The translations under genes and the position numbers were made by a program. A DNA stretch of 64,000 nucleotides, taken from contig NIVC01000990.1 of assembly GCA_002269645.1 (NCBI GenBank), positions 1 to 64,000 on the forward strand, in the 5' to 3' direction. This stretch comes from Macrostomum lignano. Its lineage: Eukaryota. The notes below the pieces were generated by a model that searched no databases, was not told the DNA's origin, and was given only the letters and a program-made list of their open reading frames with translations. This document shows positions 40,914-55,100 of this stretch, one piece after another (position 1 is the first letter of the stretch; each line of letters starts with the position of its first letter).

Positions 40914-43900
40914 CTAGCAATCTTCGCCCCCCGATGGGGGACATCTGGATAGAATCCTTGTTCTTTACAAATAAAGACTCCAAGAGAAATAACAAATAGA
41001 CAGGGTCATAAAGCCTTCATGAAAAAGCAACAGACATTTCCTCTAAAAACAAAACATCCCAAGACAGCAAGCATCCCCAGACAGCATTCAAGCATCGATC
41101 CCTAAATAGCAAACATCACCCAGACTGCAAGCATCCCATAGATAGCAAGCATCCACCCGATAGCAAGAAACCCCAGATAGCAAGCATCCCCCAGATAGCA
41201 AGCATCCCCCAGACCCCAGATAGCAAGCATCCGCCAGATAGCAAGCATCCCCAGATAGCAAGCATCCGCCAGATAGCAAGCATCCCCCAGATAGCAAGCA
41301 TCCCCCAGATAGCAAGCATCCCCCAGATAGCAAGCATCCCCAAGATAGCAAGCATCCCCCAGACCGCAAGCAACCCCAGATAGCAAGCATAACCTGGATA
41401 CAAAGAGACCTTATAGATATCTAGCAACCCCCTCTCAAGATAGCAAGTACCCTCCACCCCCCAAGAGCAAGCATCTCCCAATAGCAAGTAACCCAGTAGC
41501 AAGCATCCTTCCGGTAGCAAGCATCCCACCAATAGCAAGCATCCCTCAGATAGCAAGCATCCATCAGATAGCAAGTATCCCCCTGATAGCAAGTATCTAT
41601 CCTTAAATAGCAATCATCCAACAGAGAACAAGTAGCTAGTGCAACAATTTCCTTAGCTTTATAGTGGCTCCGTTTTGTTTGGCATGACACTTTTTATGTT
41701 TGAAACGGTGTCTCTTTTATGTTTGAAACGGTGGCTCTTTTATGTTTGAAATTGTGGCTCTTCTATGTTTGACATGACGTCTCTTCTATGTTTGACATGG
41801 TGGCTCTTTAATGTTCGACATGATGGCTCTTCTATGTTTGCCATGGCGGCCCTTTTACGTTTAAAATGGTGTCTCTGTTATGTTTGACATGGTGGCTCAG
41901 TTGTTTGACATGGTGGCTCAGTTGTTTGACATGGTGGCTCAGTTGTTTGACATGGTGGCTCAGTTGTTTGACATGGTGGCTCAGTTGTTTGACATGGTGG
42001 CTCAGTTGTTTGACATGGTGGCTCAGTTGTTTGACATGGTGGCTCAGTTGTTTGACATGGTGGCTCAGTTGTTTGACATGGAGTTACGTATATGTTTGAC
42101 ATGGTGGCTCTTTTATGTTTGGCATAGTGGCTCTTTTATATTTGACATGATGGCTATTTTATATTCGACATGTTGCTCTTTTATGTTTGACACGGAGTCA
42201 CGTATATGTTTGACGAAATGGCTCTTTAATGTTCGCAATGTTGGCCCTCTTATGTTTGACATGGAGTCACATATATGTTTCACATGGTGGCGCTTTAATG
42301 TTTGACATGGAGTCACGTATATGTTTGACATGGTGGCTCTTTTATGTTCGACATGGTGCTCTTTTATGTTTGGCATGGTGGCTCTGTTATGTTTGACATG
42401 GTGGCTCAGTTGTTTGACATGGTGGCTCTTTAATGTTTGACATGGAGTCACGTATATGTTTGACATGGTGGCTCTTTTATGTTTGACATAGTGGCTCTTT
42501 AATGTTCGCCATGGTGGCTCTTTTATGTTCGACATGGTGCTCTTTTATGTTTGACATGGTGGCACTTTAATGTTTGACATGGTGGCTCTTTAATGTTTGA
42601 CATGGTAGCTCTTTAATGTTTGACATGGTGGCTCTTTAATGTTTGACATGGTGGCTCTTTAATGTTTGACATGGTGGCTCTTTAATGTTTGACATTGTGG
42701 CTCTTTAATGTTTGACATGGTGGCTCTTTAATGTTTAACATGGTGGCTCTTTTTTCGACATGGTGGCTCTTTAATGTTCGACATGGTGGCTCTTTTATGT
42801 TCGAAATGGTGGCTCTTTTATGTTTGACATGGTGGCTCTTTAATGTTTGACATGGTGGCTCTTTAATGTTAAATGTTAAATGTTTGACATGGTGGCTCAT
42901 TAATGTTTGACATGGTGGCTCTTTAATGTTTGACATGGTAGCTCTTTAATGTTTGACATGGTGGCTCTTTAATGTTTGACATGGTGGCTCTTTAATGTTT
43001 GACATGGTGGCTCTTTAATGTTTGACATGGTGGCTCTTTAATGTTTGACATGATGGCTCTTTAATGTTTGACATGGTGGCTCTTTTATGTTTGACATGGT
43101 GGCTCTTTAATGTTTGACATGGTGGCTCTTTAATGTTTGACATGGTGGCTCTTTAATGTTTGACATGGTGGCTCTTTAATGTTTGAAATGGTGGCTCTTT
43201 ATTGTTCGACATGGTGGCTCTTTTAGGTTCGACATAGTGGCTCTTTAGTGTTTGACAATGTGGCTCTTAATGTTTTACATGGTGGCTCTTTAATGTTCGA
43301 CATGGTGGCTCTTTTATGTTCGACATGGTGGCTCTTTAATGTTTGACATGGTTTTTCTTTTATGTTTGACATGGTAGCTCATTTATGTTCGACATGGTGG
43401 CTCTTTAATGTTTGACATGGAGTCATGTATATGTTTGACATGGTGGCTCTTTAATGTTTGACATGGTGGCTCTTTAATGTTTGACATGGTGGCTCTTTAA
43501 TGTTTGACATGGTGGCTCTTTAATGTTTGACATGGTGACTCGTTAATGTTAGACATGGTGGCTCTTTTATGTTTGACCTGGTGGCACCTTAATGTCTGTA
43601 ATGATGGCTCTTTAATGTTCGACATGGTGCCTCTTTAATGTTTGACATGGTGGCTCTTTCTTGTTAAACATGGTGGCTGTTTAATTTTTTACATGGTGGC
43701 TCTTTATTGTTCGACATGGTGGCTCTTTAATGTTCGAAATGGTGGCTCTTTAATGTTCGAAATAGTGGCTCTTTTATGTTCAACATGGTGGCTCTTTAAT
43801 GTTCGAAATGGTGGCTGTTTAATGTTCGAAATGGTGGCTCTTTTATGTTTGACATAAAGTCACTTATATGTTTTACATGGTGCCTCTTAAATATTAGACA

Positions 43901-44616
43901 TGGTGGCTCATTTAGGTTTGACATGGTGGCTCTTTTATGTTTGACCAGGTAACTCTTTTATGTTCGATATGTTGGCTCTTTAATGTTCGACATGGTGGCT
44001 CTTCTATGTTTGACATTGCACTTCTTTTATGTTTAGCAGTTTTTTGTTTTTAAGGTGTTTTAATAAAAAAAATCTATTTTGCACTACTAAGATTCGAACC
44101 CAGGTCGCTACATTAGCATTCCAGTCTGTTCGCATCAGGGCTATCTTTTTTCAATTGGAGAACATGAATTGTGGCCCTTATAATTCAATTCTTACAGCAA
44201 GTCAATTGGAGCAAAAAGTTATGACATAATCAATTTCTCAGTCAGCCAGTATCAGTCTCAATTTAAGTTGGCAATATGGTTACGCAATTTCAATTCAAGT
44301 CGTGTGTGCGTTTCTTTGACACTGTTTTCAACTTGTTGTGATGCAATCTTTATCACAATCGGAATTCAGCCAGTCAGTTTTTTTCTCTAGCATTCTTACA
44401 ATGCATTTCAAGTGGAAAATTTGGCTTGACCTTTGCAAAAAAGCATGTTTTTCGAATATTTAATCCCTTTAACATTGAGCAATTTCTTAGCCAAGATGCA
44501 TGTACCGTCCCAGGAAAATTTCTGATCGAATGGTGCAAGTTTGAAGAAAATCGGTTGAGCCAATTTTTCTGAAATCTATCGCATACCCACAGACAACTCA
44601 TTTTTAGTATATAGGA
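40914..44616 (-). mobile_element. Complete non-autonomous Helitron (3.7 kb) with internal 17-18 bp and 21-23 bp minisatellites
   Basis: Minus strand: A|TCCTATATACTAAAAATG at 44616 and hairpin cccccatcgggggg + cgaagattgCTAG|T at 40914; the 5' ~600 bp is homologous to the 5' part of the 47892, 52109 and 56279 units. Confidence 0.85.
41690..44030. repeat. 23-bp minisatellite (tgtttgacatggtggctctttaa)n with a homogenised 21-bp block at 41880-42080
   Basis: Directly visible, about 100 copies. Confidence 0.95.
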
Positions 44617-47600
44617 TGTCCGTGTAAAACGCTTTACAGACTGCAATTCTTGACCAATTTTGATCGCGTTTTCGCCAAAAGATTTGTAATTATCTGGAAA
44701 GAGGACAGCTAAAATTTCTTTAATCTGCTTCAATGCTAAAGGTATTAAATATTCGAAAAACAAGTTTATCTAAATGCTTTTAATGGAAGGCCAAGCAGCG
44801 TTGAATTCTTGACTGGCTGAATTCCAATTCTAAATGATTGCGCCACAACTGCGTACTGCATATTCTCGCTATAAACTGACTCTGAGCTTTTCAGCAGGAG
44901 GCAGTGTGCAAAGGATTGCGCAGGCACTCTGGAGGGAGAGAGAAATCAGCCACTGAATTTTAAAAGTATTGAAATTGAGAGACTTCCTTAACTGTGCAAT
45001 GGCTCTGCCAGCACCAAAACTGTACACACTAAGCATGCAGGCTATCACTGGTATGTATTTGACTGCAGTGCCGAAGCATATATGTCTGATTTTCGCGCCC
45101 TTCCATCAGTAGGCGGAATAGCCGCAGTGTAGGCACTAGGACTAGGTTTAGGCTAGGCGTAAGGTCCAAGGTTCGAGTCCGCCTCCCCGGTGGATAATTA
45201 AAAATGAATAAATTCATTCATTTGTAGCTTGTGCCTCGACTAAATATAACATATTTTTTATTAATTTTAATTGCAACATTTTTTATCAATTAGCAAATAA
45301 ATTTTGCTACTTGGCACAAGCCACTTATCAAATTGAAAATTGATTAGTGAGCCGTAAAATGCTGAGCACATTTTTAGATTATTGGAAGATATTGGAGAGG
45401 AGAACTGCAGATGCTGAGGGGAACTGCAGATTGTCAAAGGGATCATTCATGCAGAGTGCAAAGGGAAAAATTGAAAAAAACTGCTGAGGTAGTTCCTCCA
45501 CACTTATGAGTGTATAGCTGCAAACTGCCAAGGAGATAACTATCTACAGAGTTTTAACTGTGAAGAATTAAGTGCAAGTTGTTGAGGGGATAACTACGGA
45601 CTGCTGAGTTAATTATTGTAGTTTTGCTGATGCTAATGAAAGTTGTAGACGGAAAAATGGAAGATTGCAGGCTGCTAAGAATATGACTGCAGTCTGTTTG
45701 CGGGATTAGAAGGGATAACTAATTTCAGGTTGTTGTGGAGATAACTGCCGATTTCTGGGGGGGGGTTAACTTCAAACTTCAAGTTGGTGAGCCATTGCTA
45801 AACTGCTGGTGAACCATTGCTGAAATGCTGATGAACCATTGCTGAAATGCTGGTGAACCATTCCTGAAATACTGGTGAACCATTCCTGAAATGCTGGTGA
45901 ACCATTGCTGAAATGCTGGTGAACCATTACTGAAATACTGGTGAACCATTCCTGAAATGCTGGTGAACCATTGCTGAAATGCTGGTGAACCATTCCTGAA
46001 ATGCTGTTGAACCGTTGCTAAACTGGAGAAAGCTATGGAGAAATATTGTAATATTTTAATAAAAACTTCTTTTAAAGAGAATAAAACGCAACGCAAGAAA
46101 AAGCGAACAAGAATCAACATGTCAATCAAAAAAGAAGCGCTCTGTCGAATGTAAAAGTCTCATTGGGAATTGTGAAGACTGTTAAGACTGCTAAGACTAT
46201 TGCTACGAGCACAATGCTGGTATAGGAAATTGCTGTGATATCAAGACTCATGGGAGAATTTATAAGATCTCAAGACTCAAGGGGAATTGCTATAATTATG
46301 TCATTCTGGGGAGAATTGCTTTGATTTCAAGGTTCATTTGTGAAATTGCTGGGGTATCAAGGCTTATTAACAATGCTTTGCTGTCAAGGCCTATACGCTC
46401 GTAGAGATAACTACTTAAGCTACTTAAACTACTTAACTACAAAGCTTATGAGGAAGTTACTTTACGAGCGCGTAATGCTGAGGCTCAAGGCTCATGGTCG
46501 AAATCGCTAACATGCCAAGACTCACTTATGGTTTAGGGTTAGGGGCTTAGGTGAGTTTCGGTTCAATCAAGATTAACCGCTGTCAACCATCAATTAAAGA
46601 CTTGCTAAGATAGCAAAGCTCATGGGGGAATTGCTGAGTTGACAAGGCTCACAAAGAAATTGCTGAGTTATCAAGGCTCATAAGAGGATTGCTGAATTCT
46701 TGGGAGAGGGGAGTTGGGTTGTTGGGATGTCAAAGCTTACTGCGCTGGGAGAATGCTGAGATTTCATGGCTTATTGGGAGCATTGCAAAGATGTGAAGGC
46801 TTACTAGGGGTATTGCTGAGATCTCAAGGCTTACTGGGGGAATGCTGGGATGTGAAGGCTTACTAGGGTTATTGCTGAGATCTCAAGGCTTACTGCGGGA
46901 ATGCTGAGATGTTAAGGCTTACTGGGGGAATGCTGAGATGTTAAGGCTTACTGGGGGAATGCTGAGATGTTAAGGCTTACTGGGGGAATGCTGAGATGTT
47001 AAGGCTTACTGGGGGAATTGCTGAGATCACAAGGCTTACTGGGGGAACTTCGGAGATCTCAAGGCTTACTGGGGGAATTGCTGAGATGTCAAGGCTTACT
47101 GGGGGAATTGCTGAGATGTCAAGGCTTACTGGGGGAACTGCTTTGATGTCAAGGCTTACTGGGAGAATTACTGAGATGTCAAGGCTTACTGGGAGAATTA
47201 CTGAGATGTCAAGGCTTGCTGGGGGAATTGCTGAGATCACAAGGCTTACTGGGGGAACTTCGGAGATCTCAAGGCTTACTGGGGGAATTGCTGAGATGTC
47301 AAGGCTTACTGGGGGAGTTGCTGAGATCTCAAGGCTGAGATGTCAAGGCTTACTGGGGGAATGCTGAGATGTCAAGGCTCATGGACGAAGGCTGAATTGT
47401 TGGGGGAGGCGGTGTTAGGTTGTTGGGCGATTGTCAGATAGTCAGGTAGTACGGCTGAAGTAGCTTATGTAATTCAGATAATGAAGTAGTACACACAAGT
47501 GATGCTGATTTCTGCTAATAGGAAATACCAGCAGCGCATTTATTAAAGGTTTGATTCTTTGATTTAGGCTAATAAAGAGAGAGGGTCGAATGCCGTCAGA

Positions 47601-47891
47601 GATTTGCATATTGAGCTCCTGCTGCGAATCAGAATATGCCCCGGCCAGTGACGATATTCACAAAGAGTTTGTGCTTGAAAGGATAAGCACTATTTGCTGA
47701 TTGAGAAAGGGTTTGGGCTGATGAAAGTTCTGATTCATGGCAATTTATTTTTGCCAAAACGAGAAAAGGTAATTTTTGATTAATGGAAATCAACATTTTG
47801 GAAAATTATTATAGTAAGGTTGCTCTTGTGCCAAAATAAAAACCAATTGGTGTCATTTTCAAGGCTCCCCAGCGGGGGGCTAAATGGCTAG
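44617..47891 (+). mobile_element. 5'-truncated Helitron-related element with 22-bp (45790-46020) and 30-bp (46780-47380) internal minisatellites
   Basis: Ends ctccccagcggggggctaaatggCTAG at 47891; the start is homologous to 40560-40760. Confidence 0.65.
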
Positions 47892-48520
47892 TCCTATATA
47901 CTAAAAATGTGATGTCTATATATATATATATGTGATAGATTAGAGAAAAAATGGCTGGACCGATTTTGTTCGAACTTGCACTGTTCGATCAGAAATTTTC
48001 CCGTGACGGTACATGCATCGTGGCTAAGAAATTGCTCGATGCTAAAGGCATTAAATATTCGAAAAACATGCTTTTTTGCAAAGGTCAAGCAAACTTTTCG
48101 ACTTGAAATGCATTGTAAGAATGCTAGAGAAAAAACTGACTGGTTGAATTCTGACTCTGAAATAGATTGCATCATAACTGAATTGTAACTCCGACTTGAA
48201 TTGAAAATGCAGTGTGGAAGCGTAGCACCAGACTTGATTTAAATTGCGTAACCATATTGTTAACTGATACTGACTGACTGAGAAACTAATTATGTCATAA
48301 CTGCTTCGTGTGATTTACTCTATGCTTGGATTTAAAAGTGTTGAGTTATATAAGTGCAAAAGTTGATGTTATCAAAACGATGAGAGCTAGCCTAAAGGTG
48401 AACAAACTGAACTGCTAAATGCAGTGACGATGGTTTGAATTTTCGATGGTTTGAATTTGAGTATAATTTTTTTAATTAAAGCTTTTCAATGTCAGGAAAA
48501 CTAAAAGACTTTTTAAAAAG

Positions 48521-50915
48521 AAGCGTCATATAAAAATCGTAGAAGCGTCATGTAAACAATCATAGAAGCGTCATGTAAACAATCATAGAAGCGTCATGTA
48601 AAAAATCGTAGAAGCGTCATGTAAAAAATCTTAGAAGCGTCATGTTAACAATCATAGAAGCGTCATGTAAACAATCATAGAAGCGTCATGTAAACAATCA
48701 TAGAAGCGTCATGTAAAAAATCATAGAAGCGTAATATAATAAAATCGTAGAAGCGTCATGTAAACAATCATAGAAGCGTCATGTAAAAAATCATAGAAGC
48801 GTCATGTAAACAATCATAGAAGCGTCATGTAAACAATCATAGAAGCGTCATGTTAACAATCATAGAAGCGTCATGTAAACAATCATAGAAGCGTCATGTA
48901 AACAATCATAGAAGCGTCATGTAAAAAATCATAGAAGCGTCATGTAAACAATCATAGAAGCGTCATGTAAAAAATCTTAGAAGCGTCATGTAAACAATCA
49001 TAGAAGCGTCATGTAAACAATCATAGAAGCGCCATGTAAAAAATCATAGAAGCGTCATGTAAACAATCATAGAAGCGTCATGTAAAAAATCATAGAAGCG
49101 TCATGTAAACAATCATAGAAGCGTCATGTAAAAAATCGTAGAAGCGTCATCTAAACAATCATAGAAGCGTCATGTAAACAATCATAGAAGCGTCATCTAA
49201 ACAATCATAGAAGCGTCATGTAAACAATCATAGAAGCGTCATGTAAACAATCATAGAAGCGTCATGTAAAAAATCATAGAAGCGTCATGTAAACAATCAT
49301 AGAAGCGTCATGTAAAAAATCGTAGAGGCGTCATGTAAACAATCATAAAAGCGTCATGTAAACAATCATAGAAGCGTCATGTAAACAATCATAGAAGCGT
49401 CATGTAAAAATCGTAGAAGCGTCATGTAAACAATCATAGAAGCGTCATGTAAAAAATCATAGAAGCGTCATGTAAAAAATCATAGAAGCGTCATGTAAAC
49501 AATCATAGAAGCGTCATGTAAACAATCATAGAAGCGTCATATAAAAATCGTAGAAGCGTCATGTAAAAAATCATAGAAGCGTCATATAAACAATCATAGA
49601 AGCGTCATGTAAAAATCATAGAAGCGTCATGTAAAAATCGTAGAAGCGTCATGTAAACAATCATAGAAGCGTCATGTAAAAAATCATAGAAGCGTCATGT
49701 AAAAAATCATAGAAGCGTCATATAAAAATCGTAGAAGCGTCATGTAAACAATCATAAAAGCGTCATGTAAAAAATCGTAGAAGCGTCATGTAAACAATCA
49801 TAGAAGCGTCATGTAAACAATCATAGAAGCGTCATGTAAACAATCGTAGAAGCGTCATGTAAACAATCATAGAAGCGTCATGTAAAAAATCTTAGAAGCG
49901 TCATGTAAAAAATCATAAAAGCGTCATGTAAACAATCATAGAAGCGTCATGTAAAAATTCTTAGAAGCGTCATGTAAACAATCATAGAAGCGTCATGTAA
50001 ACAATCATAGAAGCGCCATGTAAAAAATCATAGAAGCGTCATGTAAACAATCATAGAAGCGTCATGTAAAAAATCATAGAAGCGTCATGTAAACAATCAT
50101 AGAAGCGTCATGTAAAAAATCGTAGAAGCGTCATGTAAACAATCATAGAAGCGTCATGTAAACAATCATAGAAGCGTCATCTAAACAATCATAGAAGCGT
50201 CATGTAAAAAATCATAGAAGCGTCATGTAAAAAATCATAGAAGCGTCATGTAAACAATCATAGAAGCGTCATGTAAAAAATCGTAGAAGCGTCATGTAAA
50301 CAATCATAGAAGCGTCATGTAAACAATCATAGAAGCGTCATCTAAACAATCATAGAAGCGTCATGTAAAAAATCGTAGAGGCGTCATGTAAACAATCATA
50401 AAAGCGTCATGTAAACAATCATAGAAGCGTCATGCAAACAATCATAGAAGCGTCATGTAAAAATCGTAGAAGCGTCATGTAAACAATCATAGAAGCGTCA
50501 TGTAAAAAATCATAGAAGCGTCATGTAAACAATCATAGAAGCGTCATGTAAAAAATCGTAGAAGCGTCATGTAAACAATCATAGAAGCGTCATGTAAACA
50601 ATCATAGAAGCGTCATCTAAACAATCATAGAAGCGTCATGTAAAAAATCATAGAAGCGTCATGTAAACAATCATAGAAGCGTCATGTAAAAAATCATAGA
50701 AGCGTCATGTAAACAATCATAGAAGCGTCATGTAAAAAATCGTAGAGGCGTCATGTAAACAATCATAGAAGCGTCATATAAACAATCATAGAAGCGTCAT
50801 GTAAACAATCATAGAAGCGTCATGTAAAAAATCATAGAAGCGTCATGTAAACAATCATAGAAGCGTCATGTAAAAAATCATAGAAGCGTCATGTAAAAAT
50901 CATAGAAGCGTCTCA
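48521..50915. repeat. 23-bp satellite (agaagcgtcatgtaaacaatcat)n, ~100 copies
   Basis: Directly visible, 23-bp period. Confidence 0.97.
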
Positions 50916-51824
50916 TAGAAGCCTCATTTAAAAACTAATGAAAGTGTCATTTAAAAAATTAAGAAGCGTCACGGTAGAATAAAAGAAACGTCATATCAGA
51001 CATGAAGGGTTCATGTAAAAATTAAATGCAACTATAATGCTGTGCTGGGGAGAAAAACTGAGACGTCAAGGCTCTCAGAGAATAACTGAGATTACGGGGG
51101 GGGTTTCTGAGATGTCAAAGCAAAAGTCAGAAGCTACTTCAAAGTTCATGTACTTTACTCCATTTTTTTATTGCATTCTTTGTTGGCTCGTCACGGGGGG
51201 GCGCTGATAGAAGAAAAGTCATGTAAAAAATAAAAGTAGCACTATGTATACATAAAAGAAAAGTCATGTCGAAGTTAAAAGATTCATTTGGGAATTGCTA
51301 CGATGTCAAAGCTTGGTGGAAATCGTTATAGTGCTGTGATTCTTAAAGAAAGAATCACTAAAATGTTAAGGCTTAGGGGAGAAGAATTGCTGAGATTTCA
51401 AGGCTTTAGGTTGGGTTAAAGTTAGGTTTAGGTCAGGTGTGGGTTGAGGGTTATATTTTATCGGGTTTCAAGGTTAACAGGGGATTTTTTAGATTTCAAG
51501 GTTTATGGGGCCATTGCTGACATGTCAAGGCTTACGGGGGGAATAGCTGAGATGTCAAGGCTCACGGGGGTATAAATGAGATTTCAAGGCTAAAGTCAGA
51601 AGCTACATGTAGTTTATTGAAAACTTTTTATTACATTATTTGATGCCTCCTCAGGGGAGGGATCGCTGATAAAAAAGCGTAATGTAAAAAATAAAAGAAG
51701 CTTCATGTCGAAGTTAAGAGATTCATTTGGGAATCCCTACGATGTTGAGGCTTGCAAGGAATCGCTATAATGCTGTAGTAGTGCTATAATGACTCTTAGG
51801 GAGAATTACTGAAATTTCAATGCT

Positions 51825-51886
51825 TTAGGGTTAGGTTAGGGTTAGGGTTAGGGTTAGGGTTAGGGTTAGGCTAGGGTTAGGGTTAG
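51825..51886 (+). repeat. Interstitial (TTAGGG)n tract; further copies at 55994-56054 and 57552-57613
   Basis: About 10 TTAGGG/CTAGGG units in each Helitron unit. Confidence 0.9.
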
Positions 51887-52108
51887 AAGGTTGACAGATA
51901 TTTTTAGATTTCCAAGGCTTATTGGGGGCATTGCTGAGATGTCAAGGGGGGAAGTTGATATGTTAAAGCTTGTGGGGGGGATAACTGACATGTCAAGGCT
52001 TACAAGGTTTGACAGGAGATTTTTTAAGATTTCAAGGATACATGTAGCTTATTAAAAAAACGTGTATTGCATTTCTTTGGCTCCCCAACGGGGGGCGTAG
52101 ATTGCTAG

Positions 52109-55100
52109 TCCTATATACTAAAAATGGTCTGTCTGTGTCTATCTATCTATCTATCTATGTGATCGATTAGAGAAAAAATGGCTGGACCGATTTTGTTCGA
52201 ACTTGCACTGTTCGATCAGAAATTTTCCCGTGACGGTACATGCATCGTGGCTAAGAAATTGCTCGATGCTAAAGGCATTAAATATTCGAAAAACATGCTT
52301 TTTTGCAAAGGTCAAGCAAACTTTTCGACTTGAAATGCATTGTAAGAATGCTAGAGAAAAAACTTACTGGTTGAATTCTGATTCTGAAATAGATTGCATC
52401 ATAACTGAATTGTAACTCCGACTTGAATTGGAAATGCAGTGTGAAAGCGTAGCACCAGACTTGATTTAAATTGCGTAACCATATTGTTAACTGATACCGA
52501 CTGACTGAAAAACTGATTATGTCATAACTGCTTCGTGTGATTTACTCTATGCTTGAATTTTAAAGTGTTGAATTATATAAGTGCAAAAGTTGATGTTATC
52601 AAAACGATGAGAGCTAGCCTAGAGGTGAACAAACTGAACAGCTAAATGCAGAGACGATGGTTTGAATTTTCATAGAGTATAATTTTTTAATTAAATCTTT
52701 TCAACGTCAGGAAAACTAAAAGACTTTTTAAAAAGAAGCGTCATGTAAAAATCGTAGAAGCGTCATGTAAAAAATCATAGAAGCGTCATGTAAACAATCA
52801 TAGAAGTGTCATGCAAAAAATCATAGAAGCGTCATATAAAAATCACAGAAGCGTCATTTAAAAAATCATAGAAGCGTCATGTAAAGAATCGTAGAAGCGT
52901 CATGTAAACAATCATAGAAGCGTCATTTAAAAAATCATAGAAGCGTCATATAAACAATCATAGAAGCGTCATTTAAAAAATCATAGAAGCGTCATGTAAA
53001 CAATCTTAGAAGCGTCATGTAAACAATCATAGAAGCGTCATGTAAACAATCATAGAAGCGTCATGTAAACAATCATAGAAGCGTCATGTAAACAATCATA
53101 GAAGCGTCATTTAAACAATCATAGAAGCGTCATGTAAAAAATCGTAGCAGCGTCATGAAAAAATCATAGAAGCGTCATGTAAAAAATCATAGAAGCGTCA
53201 TTTAAAAAATCATAGAAGCGTCATGAAAAAATCATAGAAGCGTCATGTAAAAAATCATAGAAGCGTCATGTAAACAATCATAGAAGCGTCATGTAAACAA
53301 TCATAGAAGCGTCATGTAAACAATCATAGAAGCGTAATTTAAACAATCATAGAAGCGTCATGTAAAAAATCATAGAAGCGTCATGTAAAAAATCATAGAA
53401 GCGTCATGTAAACAATCATAGAAGCGTCATGTGAAAAATCATCGAAGCGTCATCTAAAAAATCGTAGAAGCGTCATGTAAGAAATCATAGAAGCGTCATG
53501 TAAAAATCATAGAAGCGTCATGAAAAAATCATAGAAGCGTCATGTAAAAAATCATAGAAGCGTCATGTAAACAATCATAGAAGCGTCATGTAAACAATCA
53601 TAGAAGCGTCATGTAAACAATCATAGAAGCGTAATTTAAAAAATCATAGAAGCGCTATGTAAACAATCATAGAAGCGTCATGTAAACAATCATAGAAGCG
53701 TAATTAAAAAATCATAGAAGCGTCATGTAAACAATCATAGAAGCGCCATGTAAACAATCATAGAAGCGTCATTTAAAAAATCATAGAAGCGTCATGTAAA
53801 CAATCATAGAAGCGTCATGTAAAAAATCATAGAAGCGTCATGTAAACAATCATAGAAGCGTCATGTAAACAATCATAGAAGCGTCATGTAAAAAATCATA
53901 GAAGCGTCATGTAAACAATCATAGAAGCGTCATGTAAACAATCATAGAAGCGTCATGTAAACAATCATAGAAGCGTAATTTAAAAAATCATAGAAGCGTC
54001 ATGTAAACAATCATAGAAGCGCTATGTAAACAATCATAGAAGCGTCATGTAAACAATCATAGAAGCGTCATGTAAAAATCGTAGAAGCGTCATGTAAACA
54101 ATCATAGAAGCGTCATTTAAACAATCATAGAAGCGTCATGTAAAAAATCGTAGCAGCGTCATGAAAAAATCATAGAAGCGTCATGTAAAAAATCATAGAA
54201 GCGTCATTTAAAAAATCATAGAAGCGTCATGAAAAAATCGTAGAAGCGTCATGTAAAAAATCATAGAAGCGTCATGTAAACAATCATAGAAGCGTCATGT
54301 AAACAATCATAGAAGCGTCATGTAAACAATCATAGAAGCGTAATTTAAACAATCATAGAAGCGTCATGTAAAAAATCATAGAAGCGTCATGTAAAAAATC
54401 ATAGAAGCGTCATGTAAACAATCATAGAAGCGTCATGTGAAAAATCATCGAAGCGTCATCTAAAAAATCGTAGAAGCGTCATGTAAAAAATCATAGAAGC
54501 GTCATGTAAACAATCATAGAAGCGTCATGTGAAAAATCATCGAAGCGTCATCTAAAAAATCGTAGAAGCGTCATGTAAGAAATCATAGAAGCGTCATGTA
54601 AAAATCATAGAAGCGTCATGAAAAAATCATAGAAGCGTCATGTTAACAATCATAGAAGCGTCATGTAAACAATCATAGAAGCGTCTTGTAAACAATCATA
54701 GAAGCGTCATGTAAACAATCATAGAAGCGTAATTTAAAAAATCATAGAAGCGCTATGTAAACAATCATAGAAGCGTCATGTAAACAATCATAGAAGCGTA
54801 ATTAAAAAATCATAGAAGCGTCATGTAAACAATCATAGAAGCGCCATGTAAACAATCATAGAAGCGTCATTTAAAAAATCATAGAAGCGTCATGTAAACA
54901 ATCATAGAAGCGTCATGTAAAAAATCATAGAAGCGTCATGTAAACAATCATAGAAGCGTCATGTAAACAATCATAGAAGCGTCATGTAAAAAATCATAGA
55001 AGCGTCATGTAAACAATCATAGAAGCGTCATGTAAACAATCATAGAAGCGTCATGTAAACAATCATAGAAGCGTAATTTAAAAAATCATAGAAGCGTCAT

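Larger units (their letters stand above)
47892..52108 (+). mobile_element. Non-autonomous Helitron, tandem unit 1 (4217 bp)
   Basis: TCCTATATACTAAAAATG start; ctccccaacgggggg hairpin + cgtagattgCTAG end; internal 23-bp array and TTAGGG tract. Confidence 0.88.

Noticed and set aside
51825-51886. True telomere or chromosome end
   Set aside because: Only ~60 bp, internal, and repeated at the same position in each Helitron unit.
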